Shown piece after piece: positions 1 through 9,723 of a stretch of DNA of 64,000 nt. The notes under the pieces are model-generated. The model did no database searches, was not told the origin of the DNA, and was given only the letters and a program-made list of their open reading frames with translations. Positions within the stretch are counted from its first letter, which is position 1. Every line of letters starts with the position of its first letter. Both the position numbers and the translations under genes were made by a program. Origin of the DNA: Alphaproteobacteria bacterium (lineage in GTDB: Bacteria; Pseudomonadota; Alphaproteobacteria; Rs-D84); the NCBI GenBank assembly GCA_017546265.1, contig JAFYXG010000012.1, positions 76,973 through 140,972 of the forward strand, in the 5' to 3' direction.

Positions 1-699
1 ATTACAGGTGCAACAGGTGGAATCGGTGTCGCAATCGCAAAAAAAATGCGGGCAGCAGGGGCAACTGTTGTCGTATCAGGACGAAATGTCGCAAAAATGG
101 ATGCTGAATTCGATGATTCATACATCAAAATACCATGTGATTTGGCCGCAGATGGTGGTGCTGTGGAACTGGTGATGAATACCATTGAAAAGTGCGGAAA
201 AATCGACATCTTAATCAACAACGCAGGAATCACAAAAGATACTTTGTTAATGCGTATGACAGATGAACAATTTGATGATGTAATAAACACTAATCTGCGT
301 TCATGCTTTAAAATGTGCCGTGCAGTAATTATGCCTATGATGAAAAACAGATTTGGTCGTATTATCAATATGGCGTCTATTATCGGTACAATTGGTGGAC
401 CAGGTCAGGCAAACTATGCCGCATCTAAGGGCGGTATGATTGCTATGACTAAATCTGTCGCCGCTGAAGTCGCCAGTCGCGGTATCACCGCAAACGCAAT
501 CGCACCAGGTTTTATCAAAACACCTATGACAGACGTATTGCCAGAGGAACTGAAAAAAACATATCTGGCACAAATACCAGCCGGTAGATTTGGAGAACCA
601 GAAGATATCGCAAATGCGTGCGTGTTCCTGGCATCGGATGAAGCCGCATATATAAACGGTCAAACACTGCACATAAACGGTGGAATGGGGCGGTTTTAA
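1..699 (+). CDS. fabG: 3-oxoacyl-[acyl-carrier-protein] reductase FabG (SDR family); 5' end cut by window edge
   Basis: Frame 1 reads ITGATGGIGVAIAKK from nt 1 (TGxxxGIG cofactor motif). NNAG and the catalytic YAASKGG (YxxxK) are present. Stop TAA at 697-699. Confidence 0.9.
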   Translation: MTGATGGIGVAIAKKMRAAGATVVVSGRNVAKMDAEFDDSYIKIPCDLAADGGAVELVMNTIEKCGKIDILINNAGITKDTLLMRMTDEQFDDVINTNLRSCFKMCRAVIMPMMKNRFGRIINMASIIGTIGGPGQANYAASKGGMIAMTKSVAAEVASRGITANAIAPGFIKTPMTDVLPEELKKTYLAQIPAGRFGEPEDIANACVFLASDEAAYINGQTLHINGGMGRF

Positions 700-2342
700 T
701 GGAAAAGTTTGATGTTATCGTTATCGGTGGTGGACATGCAGGTGTAGAAGCCGCGGCAGCGGCAGCACGCAGAGGAGCAAAAACTCTGCTGTTGACCCAG
801 GCTGTGTCCGACCTGGGGGCTTTGTCATGCAACCCAAGTATCGGGGGACCGGGAAAATCACAAATGGTCGCCGAAATGGATGCTTTGGGCGGTGTAATGC
901 CACGTGCAGCAGACCAGGCCGGAATTCACTGGCGGACATTGAATGCAACACATGGAGCAGCAACCCAGGCACTCCGTGCACAAATAGACAGAAACCTGTA
1001 TCATAACGCAATTGTAGATATTTTGGCGGAATACAAAAATTTAACCGTACTGTTTGAAACCGTCACAGAAATAGACAATAACGCATCTATCATAAATAAT
1101 AAATATGTCGGACAAGCAATCGTATTTACAACAGGAACTTTCCTGAATGGTGTTGTCACCTGTGGTAACGATAAAATTCAATCAGGACGACTGATGGATA
1201 ATGGTGAATACCAAAATAATGATACAAAAACATCAGACTTTCTGTGCAATATGGGATTTAAAATACTGCGACTGAAAACAGGTACCCCAGCCAGACTGAA
1301 ACGCGACAGTATTGACTTTTCCGTGTGCGAGCTGCAACCAGGTGATAATCCACACGACTGGTTTTCCGATGGAGATGAAAATAATAAATATGAATCTGTA
1401 TGCTTTATAACTCATACAAATGAAAATACACACAATGTAATTCGAGAACATATAGAAAACGCACCTATGTATAATGGCGATATCGTTGGAACTGGCCCAC
1501 GATACTGCCCCAGCATTGAAGATAAGGTTATGCGTTTCCCAGAACACAATACACATCATGTGTTTTTAGAACCCGAAGGATACGACAGTGATATTATTTA
1601 TCCAAACGGACTGTCTACCAGTTTCGGCAAAGACATCCAAGAAAAATGGCTGCGAACAATCCCAGGATTGGAAAACGTAGAAATTGTCAGATATGGATAC
1701 GCGATTGAATATGATGCAATTGATGCACGGGCACTGAACGACAAACTGCAAAGCAAAGACCATAAACATATATTCTTTGCAGGACAAATAAACGGAACAT
1801 CCGGTTATGAAGAGGCCGCTGCCCAAGGACTGGTCGCGGGGACAAATGCTGCCGCATATGCGTGCGGGTTGCCATACTTGGAAATCGACCGTACAAATTC
1901 AATGATTGGGGTTTTAATTGACGATATAACAACAATCGGGGTTGATGAACCATATCGTATGTTTACTTCACGGGCGGAATATCGTTTGCACCTGCGGGCA
2001 GATAATGCAATTAAAAGATTGGGAAAAATTGGTGTGGAACTGGGACTGATTGGACAGGGTTCGTATGAAAAAAAACTGGCCGCCAAGGCAGATATTTTTA
2101 CAAAAAACGATGCCTTCTATGCCGGATATATCGCCCGAAATGAACGGGAAATTGCCGCATATAAACGTGATGCAGAATTGAAAATACCGGTCGATTTTGT
2201 TTATGCAGGATTGCCGGGGTTGACCAATGAATTGGTTGAAAAACTGACTGCGACACGGCCTGAAAATATCGCCGACCTGTCCCGCATACCGGGAATGACC
2301 CCCGCAGGGATTATGGTTGTGTTGAGAAAAATCAAAGCATAA
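699..2342 (+). CDS. mnmG: tRNA uridine 5-carboxymethylaminomethyl modification enzyme MnmG/GidA (short, 547 aa)
   Basis: N-terminal FAD motif DVIVIGGGHAGVEAA, then LSCNPSIGGPGK and GPRYCPSIEDK typical of MnmG. The ATG overlaps the fabG stop by 1 nt. Confidence 0.85.
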   Translation: MEKFDVIVIGGGHAGVEAAAAAARRGAKTLLLTQAVSDLGALSCNPSIGGPGKSQMVAEMDALGGVMPRAADQAGIHWRTLNATHGAATQALRAQIDRNLYHNAIVDILAEYKNLTVLFETVTEIDNNASIINNKYVGQAIVFTTGTFLNGVVTCGNDKIQSGRLMDNGEYQNNDTKTSDFLCNMGFKILRLKTGTPARLKRDSIDFSVCELQPGDNPHDWFSDGDENNKYESVCFITHTNENTHNVIREHIENAPMYNGDIVGTGPRYCPSIEDKVMRFPEHNTHHVFLEPEGYDSDIIYPNGLSTSFGKDIQEKWLRTIPGLENVEIVRYGYAIEYDAIDARALNDKLQSKDHKHIFFAGQINGTSGYEEAAAQGLVAGTNAAAYACGLPYLEIDRTNSMIGVLIDDITTIGVDEPYRMFTSRAEYRLHLRADNAIKRLGKIGVELGLIGQGSYEKKLAAKADIFTKNDAFYAGYIARNEREIAAYKRDAELKIPVDFVYAGLPGLTNELVEKLTATRPENIADLSRIPGMTPAGIMVVLRKIKA

Positions 2343-2458
2343 AATGCATATGGTCTTGTTCGTATTCATGTAATAATACTGGACATAAAAAATTATAATC
2401 TGCAAAAAAAAAGCACTGGAAATTATTTCCATTATGATTTATAGTCGTTCACATGTCG

Positions 2459-2534
2459 GCCGGTGTAGCTCAGCTGGTAGAGCATCTCATTCGTAATGAG
2501 GGGGTCGCAGGTTCAAGTCCTGTCACCGGCACCA
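2459..2534 (+). tRNA. tRNA-Thr (anticodon CGU)
   Basis: 76-nt cloverleaf: acceptor GCCGGTG/CACCGGC, anticodon loop TTCGTAA, T-loop TTCAAGT, encoded CCA. Confidence 0.9.
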
Positions 2535-2543
2535 TAATTATAT

Positions 2544-2574
2544 AAAAAAACACCGGTAAATGCCGGTGTTTTTC
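2544..2574. terminator. bidirectional intrinsic terminator (tRNA-Thr on plus, pheT on minus)
   Basis: A-run, ACACCGG-taaatg-CCGGTGT hairpin, T-run. Confidence 0.6.
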
Positions 2575-2593
2575 TTTGTACATGCTTCATGCT

Positions 2594-4897
2594 TTATTTG
2601 TCACGAATCTGGGCATTACATTTCTTGGATACCAATCCTATAACCGATGACTGAATCTGCATCAAGTCTGATTCTGTCATGTTATCGGTTGGTTGAATCG
2701 TTATTGTAAACGCAATCGATTTGTTGCCATCGCCCATATCAAAGGCATCAAATACAACAACGTCAACAATCCTGCTGTCCGCACCGCGGGCCACAGATGT
2801 CAACTTTTCCGATGGCGTATCCGTATTCACAATAAATGCAAAATCACGCGTTATAGGCTGAAAATCCAACAAGGTAGGCTGACGTCCACAACGCGGAGAT
2901 GGCAGCACTTTGACATCGTCAATTATCGCAATAACCGTGTTCGTTTTGATTCGCAGTTTCTTGGCAACTGATGGATGCAATTCACCAAATTCCGCCAACT
3001 TATTTTTCCCCTGCATAATCGCACCATATCTGTATGGATGTGCCCAACGAGGGGCGTTGTCAGACGATACCGTAAAACGCTGGCCCTGTAATAATGCAAT
3101 CAGGTCTGATTTTACATCATAAATATCAACACTGCGATTGCGGCCAGTCCAATGTTTTGGAGATGTAGAACCTGTACGAACTATGCACAAAGATGTATGT
3201 TCCATCCCAGGAATATCACCGTCAAAAACAACACCATATTCAAATAAATTCAAATCTGGAAATCCACGCTTTTCATTATTTGATACAGACATCAGTAAGC
3301 CAAACAACAATCCATTACGCAGTGTGTCATAGTCCGCCGTTATGGGATTGGATATCGCAACGTTCGGGCGGTCTGATAACAACTGTTCTGTTGCAAGATT
3401 GCCAAAACCAAACGAGCGACACTCGTTCAAACCGCGTGATGCAAGTAATGTCTTGATATTCATTTCACGGGTATCGTGCGGACGGGCCGTGCCAGTCGTA
3501 TGGGTCATGGCCGTTGCAATTTTCTCATAACCATATATACGAACCAGGTCTGATACAACCGTTTCTGGAATTTCTACATCTATGCGGAAAGACGGTGGTG
3601 TTAATATCCACTTTGTGCCGCGTGTTTTTATGTCATACCCCAAAGATAATAATATGTTTTTCTGGGTTTCAGAATCAATATCAAAGCCGGTCTTGGTCGC
3701 AAAGTACCCAGGTGTGTATTCTATTTTTATATCCGGTTTAATATCTGTGCCGGCAGCAACCGAACATACAATATCACCACCGCATGCATTCATGATGATT
3801 TTCGCCGCACGCATAACTGCGACACCAGTTATCGTTGGATCAATTCCACGTTCAAAACGATAGGAAGAATCCGTTGATATCCCCAATCGCTTGGCCGTTT
3901 TGCGGACCGATACCGGGTCAAAATAGGCAGATTCCAAAATTATATTCCGGGTGTTTTCTGTTGTGCAACCGCGTGCACCACCAATCACACCCGCCAGTGC
4001 CAAAACACCTTTGTCATCAGCAATAACCATGTCTGATTCTGACAATTCATGTTCGGTATCGAACAGGTCTGTAAACTTCTCGCCTGGGGTTGCCATACGT
4101 ACAATAATGTCACCATGTATTTCATCCGCATCAAAGCAATGCATTGGCTGGGCCATGTCGTAACAGATATAGTTAGTCGCATCAACAGGGGCATTTTTCG
4201 GATTTATACCAATCGCAGTCAGACGTGACGCAATTGTTTTATCACTGGGCAACATGTTGATACCATGGATTTCTATCATGTTATACGTGCGACACTTATC
4301 GGTTTTAATCACAACAGAACGTGAACCAGATACCGATTGAAATCCTGGGTCGTTTGGTGCCAAATACGTACCAACACCAGCAGCAGATAAATCACGTGCA
4401 ATACCGCGTACCGACAGATAATCAGGACGATTTGGAGTTATACCAGCATCAAATACCACATGTGTTTCCAATGCAGGTGAACCAATTTTTGTATCAGATG
4501 GTAATTCTATAATACCACTGTGATCTTCACTGATCCCCAATTCTTTGCCAGAACACATCATGCCATCAGACAATACACCACGCAATTTGCCAGATTTGAT
4601 TTCCATGCCACCAACAACACAGCCAGGTATCGCCAATGCCGAAACCAGACCTGTACGCGCATTTGGTGCACCACATACAACCTGACGCAGAGTGCCAGAA
4701 CCATCATCAACCATCAAAACATGCAGATGATCACTGTTTTCATGTGGTTTACATTCCACTATCTTGGCCGCAATTGGCGAAACAGGCGATTGCAGATCTT
4801 CTACTTCGAGCCCGATGCGGGTCAGGGTATCTGCAATCGTTTCAGGCGTTGCATCTGTTTTCAAATAATCTTTTAACCAATTATATGTCCATTTCAT
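2594..4897 (-). CDS. pheT: phenylalanine--tRNA ligase beta subunit
   Basis: 767-aa ORF directly downstream of pheS. N-terminus MKWTYNWLKDYL and overall layout are typical of PheT. Confidence 0.9.
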   Translation of the reverse strand: MKWTYNWLKDYLKTDATPETIADTLTRIGLEVEDLQSPVSPIAAKIVECKPHENSDHLHVLMVDDGSGTLRQVVCGAPNARTGLVSALAIPGCVVGGMEIKSGKLRGVLSDGMMCSGKELGISEDHSGIIELPSDTKIGSPALETHVVFDAGITPNRPDYLSVRGIARDLSAAGVGTYLAPNDPGFQSVSGSRSVVIKTDKCRTYNMIEIHGINMLPSDKTIASRLTAIGINPKNAPVDATNYICYDMAQPMHCFDADEIHGDIIVRMATPGEKFTDLFDTEHELSESDMVIADDKGVLALAGVIGGARGCTTENTRNIILESAYFDPVSVRKTAKRLGISTDSSYRFERGIDPTITGVAVMRAAKIIMNACGGDIVCSVAAGTDIKPDIKIEYTPGYFATKTGFDIDSETQKNILLSLGYDIKTRGTKWILTPPSFRIDVEIPETVVSDLVRIYGYEKIATAMTHTTGTARPHDTREMNIKTLLASRGLNECRSFGFGNLATEQLLSDRPNVAISNPITADYDTLRNGLLFGLLMSVSNNEKRGFPDLNLFEYGVVFDGDIPGMEHTSLCIVRTGSTSPKHWTGRNRSVDIYDVKSDLIALLQGQRFTVSSDNAPRWAHPYRYGAIMQGKNKLAEFGELHPSVAKKLRIKTNTVIAIIDDVKVLPSPRCGRQPTLLDFQPITRDFAFIVNTDTPSEKLTSVARGADSRIVDVVVFDAFDMGDGNKSIAFTITIQPTDNMTESDLMQIQSSVIGLVSKKCNAQIRDK

Positions 4898-4913
4898 AAT
4901 TCATACCCCCGTT

Positions 4914-5861
4914 TTAAAAACCTGCACTTTTCAACCAGCGCACATCATTGTTATACAAATCACGCAAATCTGGCAGATTGTATTTTAACATCGCCAATCT
5001 GTCCCAACCAAAACCAAAGGCAAAGCCCTGGTACACATCTGGGTCAATGCCACAATTACGCAATACATTGGGATGAACCATACCTGCACCCATGATTTCC
5101 AACCACCTATCATTCTTCCATTTCATATCAACCTCGATAGATGGGTCTGTAAACGGAAAGTAAGATGGACGAATACGCAACTCTATGTTGTCCAGTTCAA
5201 AAAAGCGAGTTAAAAATGCACGAATATCACCAATCAAATCAGACATCGTTATGTTCTTGTCTATGTATAAGCCTTCTATTTGGCCAAACATTGGCCCATG
5301 GGTTGCATCCCATTCTTTGCGGTACGTACACCCAACACCAAACATTTTAATCGGAACACCATCAGTTTCCATTGCACGAATTTGAATCGCAGAGGTTTGA
5401 GTACGCAATACGTTGCCATTCGCTAAAAAGAAGGTGTCCTGCATGTCACGAGCAGGGTGATGATCCGGAGTATTTAATGCGGTAAAATTATGCCAGTCAT
5501 CTTCGACAGATGGACCTGTGTACATCGTATAACCAAACGATTCCAATATCTTTGAAATACATGTCAGACTGTGTGTCAATGGATGCAATGTGCCACGATT
5601 TTCAGGCACAGGATTCAACGATACGTCAAGTTTCTGTTTTTGCAAGCCTGCCATCAATACCGCTTGTTCCAGTTCTGACTGACGAGTCTTGAACAATTCA
5701 CGCAAAGTAGCGTTTTCCAAATTCAATGCCGCACGGGCATCGTTATCCAAGTTCTTCATTTCTTTTAACCGGGCAGTCATTGTGCCATTCTTACCAAACG
5801 TGGATGTATATAATGCCTGTAATTCTTCCAATGTATTTATGTTTTTAATTTGTTCCTGCAT
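4914..5861 (-). CDS. pheS: phenylalanine--tRNA ligase alpha subunit
   Basis: Class II motifs: HPARDMQDTFF, FPFTDPSIEVD, GAGMVHPNVL. AGGGG SD-like sequence about 9 nt upstream of the ATG. Confidence 0.9.
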   Translation of the reverse strand: MQEQIKNINTLEELQALYTSTFGKNGTMTARLKEMKNLDNDARAALNLENATLRELFKTRQSELEQAVLMAGLQKQKLDVSLNPVPENRGTLHPLTHSLTCISKILESFGYTMYTGPSVEDDWHNFTALNTPDHHPARDMQDTFFLANGNVLRTQTSAIQIRAMETDGVPIKMFGVGCTYRKEWDATHGPMFGQIEGLYIDKNITMSDLIGDIRAFLTRFFELDNIELRIRPSYFPFTDPSIEVDMKWKNDRWLEIMGAGMVHPNVLRNCGIDPDVYQGFAFGFGWDRLAMLKYNLPDLRDLYNNDVRWLKSAGF

Positions 5862-5885
5862 TGTCTTTTACCCCTGAAAAAAACT

Positions 5886-5911
5886 TAAAAAAGCCGTCAT
5901 GTGACGGCCTT
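5886..5911 (-). terminator. intrinsic terminator after rplT, upstream of pheS
   Basis: Minus-strand RNA has GCCGUCA-ca-UGACGGC followed by U6. Confidence 0.6.
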
Positions 5912-5946
5912 TATTATTACAAAACAGATACCCCGCCGACAAGGTA

Positions 5947-6315
5947 TTATTTACTTTCGGCAGCAATAAATCGTTTCGCTGTGTCAACCAATTTCACAAA
6001 GTTTGCATCACCTGCATATGCCATTTCGGCCAAAACCTTGCGGTCCAGAGCAATGCCAGCCTTTTTCAGGCCATTCATAAACTGGCTGTAAGTCATACCA
6101 TTTGAACGTACTGCTGCGTTGATACGAACAATCCACAAACCACGAAATTCGCGTTTTTTAACGCGGCGATCGCGATATGCATACTGACCCGCTTTTTCTG
6201 TCTTTTCGCGTGCAGCACGATATGTTGAATGATGACGGCCCAGGTAACCCTTGGCACGTGCCAATATTTTATTATGCTTTTGCTTTACGGTTGTTCCGCG
6301 TTTAACTCTTGCCAT
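5947..6315 (-). CDS. rplT: 50S ribosomal protein L20
   Basis: [18 protein letters not shown]... canonical L20, 122 aa. Confidence 0.95.
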   Translation of the reverse strand: MARVKRGTTVKQKHNKILARAKGYLGRHHSTYRAAREKTEKAGQYAYRDRRVKKREFRGLWIVRINAAVRSNGMTYSQFMNGLKKAGIALDRKVLAEMAYAGDANFVKLVDTAKRFIAAESK

Positions 6316-6329
6316 GACTTGTTACCCCC

Positions 6330-6533
6330 TTATTTCAAACCGTATGGTGCCAAGATTTTCGCCTGACCCATCATGTTTTCGTTCAGATACTGTGGTTTTG
6401 CACCCGCTTTGTTCGCACGGGCAGACTTTTTACGCAACAGTTTCTTGTGAGAGTTACGTGCAACACGGATTTTGCCGGTCGCAGTCATAGAAGCGCGCTT
6501 TTTCAAGTACGACTTTGTTTTTAATTTTGGCAT
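6330..6533 (-). CDS. rpmI: 50S ribosomal protein L35
   Basis: MPKLKTKSYLKKRA... canonical L35, 67 aa, immediately upstream of rplT. Confidence 0.95.
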   Translation of the reverse strand: MPKLKTKSYLKKRASMTATGKIRVARNSHKKLLRKKSARANKAGAKPQYLNENMMGQAKILAPYGLK

Positions 6534-6674
6534 TTTATATCCTCTTGTTTTTTATATAAACGTTCGGCCTGGTGGCAATGCCTGCCACTTTGACCACCAC
6601 GTATTTTGGCATAAATAAATCAAAAATCAAGTTTTTATTGAATATCTGCTTTTTACGGGGTAAAGTATCCCAAA

Positions 6675-7499
6675 ATGAATAAGAATAAGTTAGCATCTAA
6701 ATTATATCCACTGATTAAAACAGTCGCAACAGCGGCGGTGCTGCCCGTGCTGTTTATATATATTATGATCGCAAAACCTGACTATAAACTGATGAACGCG
6801 GTAGGACATGTGGTTGTGCCAGTCGCACAGGTGATTGGTAACATAATAACATGGCCTTTTCGCACAATCGCTGATGCCTTTGATGGTATTATGCAGGTTT
6901 CGGTACTGAAAGCCGAAAACCAAGAATTACGTGCAAGACTGGATGCCGCAAATATAAATAAAAATATCTGCGATGTCGCAATTGCAGAAAATATAAAACT
7001 GAACCATGAATTAAACCTGGTAAAATCTCAGCCACGAGATGCAATAATCGCAGATGTTATCCACGACAATAGTGTCATTGGACACAATACTTATGTTATA
7101 AACCGCGGACAAAATGATGGAATTGCACCAGGTATGGTGGTCGTAACAACTGATATGATGATGGCCGGGATTATAATAGATGCAGCAAATAACTTTGCAC
7201 GAGTGCGAGCTTTGACAGATTCTGATACCAATATTGCCGTTCGGGTAGCAGGTGCTGATGTGTACGGATTTATGACCGGTAATGGTTCAAAATATCCAAC
7301 TATGGGTTTTTTCAGTAATCCAAGTTTTCAACCTGCCGCAGGTATTAAACTGATTTCTAGTAATATTTCAGGTGTTTTACCAGCAGGATTGGTTGTTGGT
7401 GAAATGATAGATGATACAGATGTTAAAATTGCAAACCCAAAGGAATTTTCTAGGGTAATGGTTCTGAAATTCGATACACAAAAAAATGAATACAGATGA
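6675..7499 (+). CDS. mreC: rod shape-determining protein MreC
   Basis: N-terminal TM segment, coiled coil (LKAENQELRARL), C-terminal beta-barrel repeats (GIAPGMVVVT, VAGADVYGFMTG). Followed by mreD-mrdA-rodA. Confidence 0.8.
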   Translation: MNKNKLASKLYPLIKTVATAAVLPVLFIYIMIAKPDYKLMNAVGHVVVPVAQVIGNIITWPFRTIADAFDGIMQVSVLKAENQELRARLDAANINKNICDVAIAENIKLNHELNLVKSQPRDAIIADVIHDNSVIGHNTYVINRGQNDGIAPGMVVVTTDMMMAGIIIDAANNFARVRALTDSDTNIAVRVAGADVYGFMTGNGSKYPTMGFFSNPSFQPAAGIKLISSNISGVLPAGLVVGEMIDDTDVKIANPKEFSRVMVLKFDTQKNEYR

Positions 7500-7948
7500 A
7501 TGATAAAATTGTAATATTTTTACGTGCTGCTTTCCCGTTCCTGTTGACAGTCGGGTTGTGGCGGTTGGTACACCCAATCTGGAACCCAGGAGGAATACTG
7601 GCAATTATACCAATCTTTTTTTGCACTTTTATCAAACCAATAGATTATTTTCTGATCTTTTCAATCCTGATGTGTGTTTGCCTGGATTACAGTTTTGAAA
7701 CTGTGTGCTTTTGGTTGGCATTGTACTGCTTTTGCTTTGCGTTAAACGGATTTCAAAACTTTGTAGATTTAACACGTATGGATTTTGATGGTGTTGCTGC
7801 ATTTATGACTTTTCTGGGAATCGTAATTTTAATCCAAATATTTACAAACTTTACATGGATAAATATCGCAAATGGTTTCTGGATTTTTATCCTGACAACA
7901 ACAATATACAGACCTTGTGTGTGGGCAATTAAAAAGGTGCATAAATGA
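7496..7948 (+). CDS. mreD: rod shape-determining protein MreD-like polytopic membrane protein
   Basis: 150-aa hydrophobic ORF overlapping the mreC stop and the mrdA start. Called by position in the mreC-mreD-mrdA order; sequence alone is not diagnostic. Confidence 0.55.
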   Translation: MNDKIVIFLRAAFPFLLTVGLWRLVHPIWNPGGILAIIPIFFCTFIKPIDYFLIFSILMCVCLDYSFETVCFWLALYCFCFALNGFQNFVDLTRMDFDGVAAFMTFLGIVILIQIFTNFTWINIANGFWIFILTTTIYRPCVWAIKKVHK

Positions 7949-9720
7949 TAGATACAGAAGTTTCTCGCACCTTTGATAGAAGAAGTGCACTGTTCCTGAC
8001 CGCAGGGGCCGTGCTGACATCCGCGTTGGTGCTGCGTATGCTGCAAATGCAATTGTTCAGTTATCAGGACTATAAAAAGAAAAGCGAAAATAATTCGTTC
8101 AGAATACAAATAAACATGCCAGAACGCGGTAAGATACTGTCCAGAAATAATACACCTATTTCACGTGATGCACAGGTTTACAGAATATATATCATTCCAG
8201 AAGAAGCACATGATATTAAAAAACTGGTCGATACGGTCGCAACTGAATTAAATCTGAAACCAAAAAAAGTTGAAAAAATTCAAGCCAAAATAAAAAAACA
8301 AATGAAGTTTCAACCCGTGCTGGTCAGCGAAAATACCGACTGGAATACACTGGCTAGGTTGCAGGCGAAAAACCTGGCGGGGTTGCACGTGGAAAATGGC
8401 TTCGCACGCGTTTATGAACTGGGACCAGCCGGGGCACACATATTCGGCTATGTGGGCGAACCAGCAAAACCTGTTCCAAATGCTCCATTTTTAACAACAG
8501 GTATTACCGGACTGGAAAAACGTTTCAACGATGAAATGATGGGAACAGCAGGACAAACTGTTCATATCACAAATGCCGTGGGACGTATAACAGGTGAAGA
8601 TAAATCTCAGTTCATTCCGCCAATCGTTGGTGATGATATAAAAACAACTATCAGTGAAAATGCTCAACGCGTTTTATACGATGCACTGACACAGCACAGA
8701 TCAGGTTGTGGAGTGGTGCTGGATATTCGAACAGGGGATATTTTGGCAATGGTTTCAACCCCAAGTTTCGACCCAAATATCTTCAGACAAGACGATGGTG
8801 AAGAATATATTGAAAACCTGAATAAAGATGTAGCCAAACCATTTATGAATAAGGCAATCGAAGGACAATACCCCCCAGGTTCTACATTCAAAATTGTTGT
8901 GGCACTGGCCGCACTGGAAGCAGGTGCAATAAACCCAAAAGAAAAAATTTTCTGTCCAGGATATTGGGACTATGGTGATCGCAGATACCACTGTTGGGAA
9001 CACCAGGGACATGGTAAAGTTGACCTGGCAGGGGCACTGCAACACTCGTGCGATATATATTTCTATCAGATCGCGTTGCGTATCGGTATTGACGCAATCA
9101 AAGATATGGCTGTCAGACTGGGCTTTACCGAAAAATTTATGGATGATGTATTAACCCGTGAAATGGGCGGTGTAATGCCAGATAGATACTGGAAAGAAAA
9201 AAATATCGGATACAGATGGGTGCACGGTGATACCGTTATTTCAGGTATAGGTCAGGGATTTATTCTGGCAAATTGTATGCAACTGGCCGTCATGACAGCA
9301 CGTGCAACTTCGAATAAACAAGTTGTACCGCGACTGATTGCAGATACTAAAAGACCTGTTTTCAAATCTATGAATTTACAGCCAAAAAATATCCAGGCAG
9401 TTTTGCGAGGTTTGGAACTGGTGACAAAAAAAGGCGGTACAGCAGCAGGTAGTGCTATAAATATAGATGGTAAAAAAATGGGCGGTAAAACTGGAACTTC
9501 TCAGGTGCGAAGCATATCAAAAAAAGAACGTGAAAGCGGCGTTCTGACAAACGAACAATTAAAATGGAATATGCGAAATCACGGCTTGTTCGTTGGATAT
9601 GCACCAACAGATAATCCAAAATATGCAATTTGTGTCGTGACCGAACACGCAGGTGGCAGTGGACCAGCAGCCAGAACCGCAGCCAAGGTGATGAGTGAAC
9701 TGTTAAAAGGAAATATATAA
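7945..9720 (+). CDS. mrdA: penicillin-binding protein 2 (elongasome transpeptidase)
   Basis: SxxK (PGSTFKIV), SxD (HSCD) and KTGT (GGKTGTSQV) motifs. 591 aa, upstream of rodA. Confidence 0.9.
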   Translation: MIDTEVSRTFDRRSALFLTAGAVLTSALVLRMLQMQLFSYQDYKKKSENNSFRIQINMPERGKILSRNNTPISRDAQVYRIYIIPEEAHDIKKLVDTVATELNLKPKKVEKIQAKIKKQMKFQPVLVSENTDWNTLARLQAKNLAGLHVENGFARVYELGPAGAHIFGYVGEPAKPVPNAPFLTTGITGLEKRFNDEMMGTAGQTVHITNAVGRITGEDKSQFIPPIVGDDIKTTISENAQRVLYDALTQHRSGCGVVLDIRTGDILAMVSTPSFDPNIFRQDDGEEYIENLNKDVAKPFMNKAIEGQYPPGSTFKIVVALAALEAGAINPKEKIFCPGYWDYGDRRYHCWEHQGHGKVDLAGALQHSCDIYFYQIALRIGIDAIKDMAVRLGFTEKFMDDVLTREMGGVMPDRYWKEKNIGYRWVHGDTVISGIGQGFILANCMQLAVMTARATSNKQVVPRLIADTKRPVFKSMNLQPKNIQAVLRGLELVTKKGGTAAGSAINIDGKKMGGKTGTSQVRSISKKERESGVLTNEQLKWNMRNHGLFVGYAPTDNPKYAICVVTEHAGGSGPAARTAAKVMSELLKGNI

Positions 9721-9723
9721 AAT

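Noticed and set aside
5868-5900. A mini-ORF on the minus strand between rplT and pheS (AUG ACG GCU UUU UUA AGU UUU UUU CAG GGG UAA, MTAFLSFFQG) with three Phe codons. It invites comparison with the E. coli pheM leader peptide.
   Set aside because: The AUG lies inside the rplT terminator hairpin. The Phe codons are simply the terminator U-tract read in frame. The ORF is downstream of the hairpin, so it cannot drive attenuation. Most likely coincidental.
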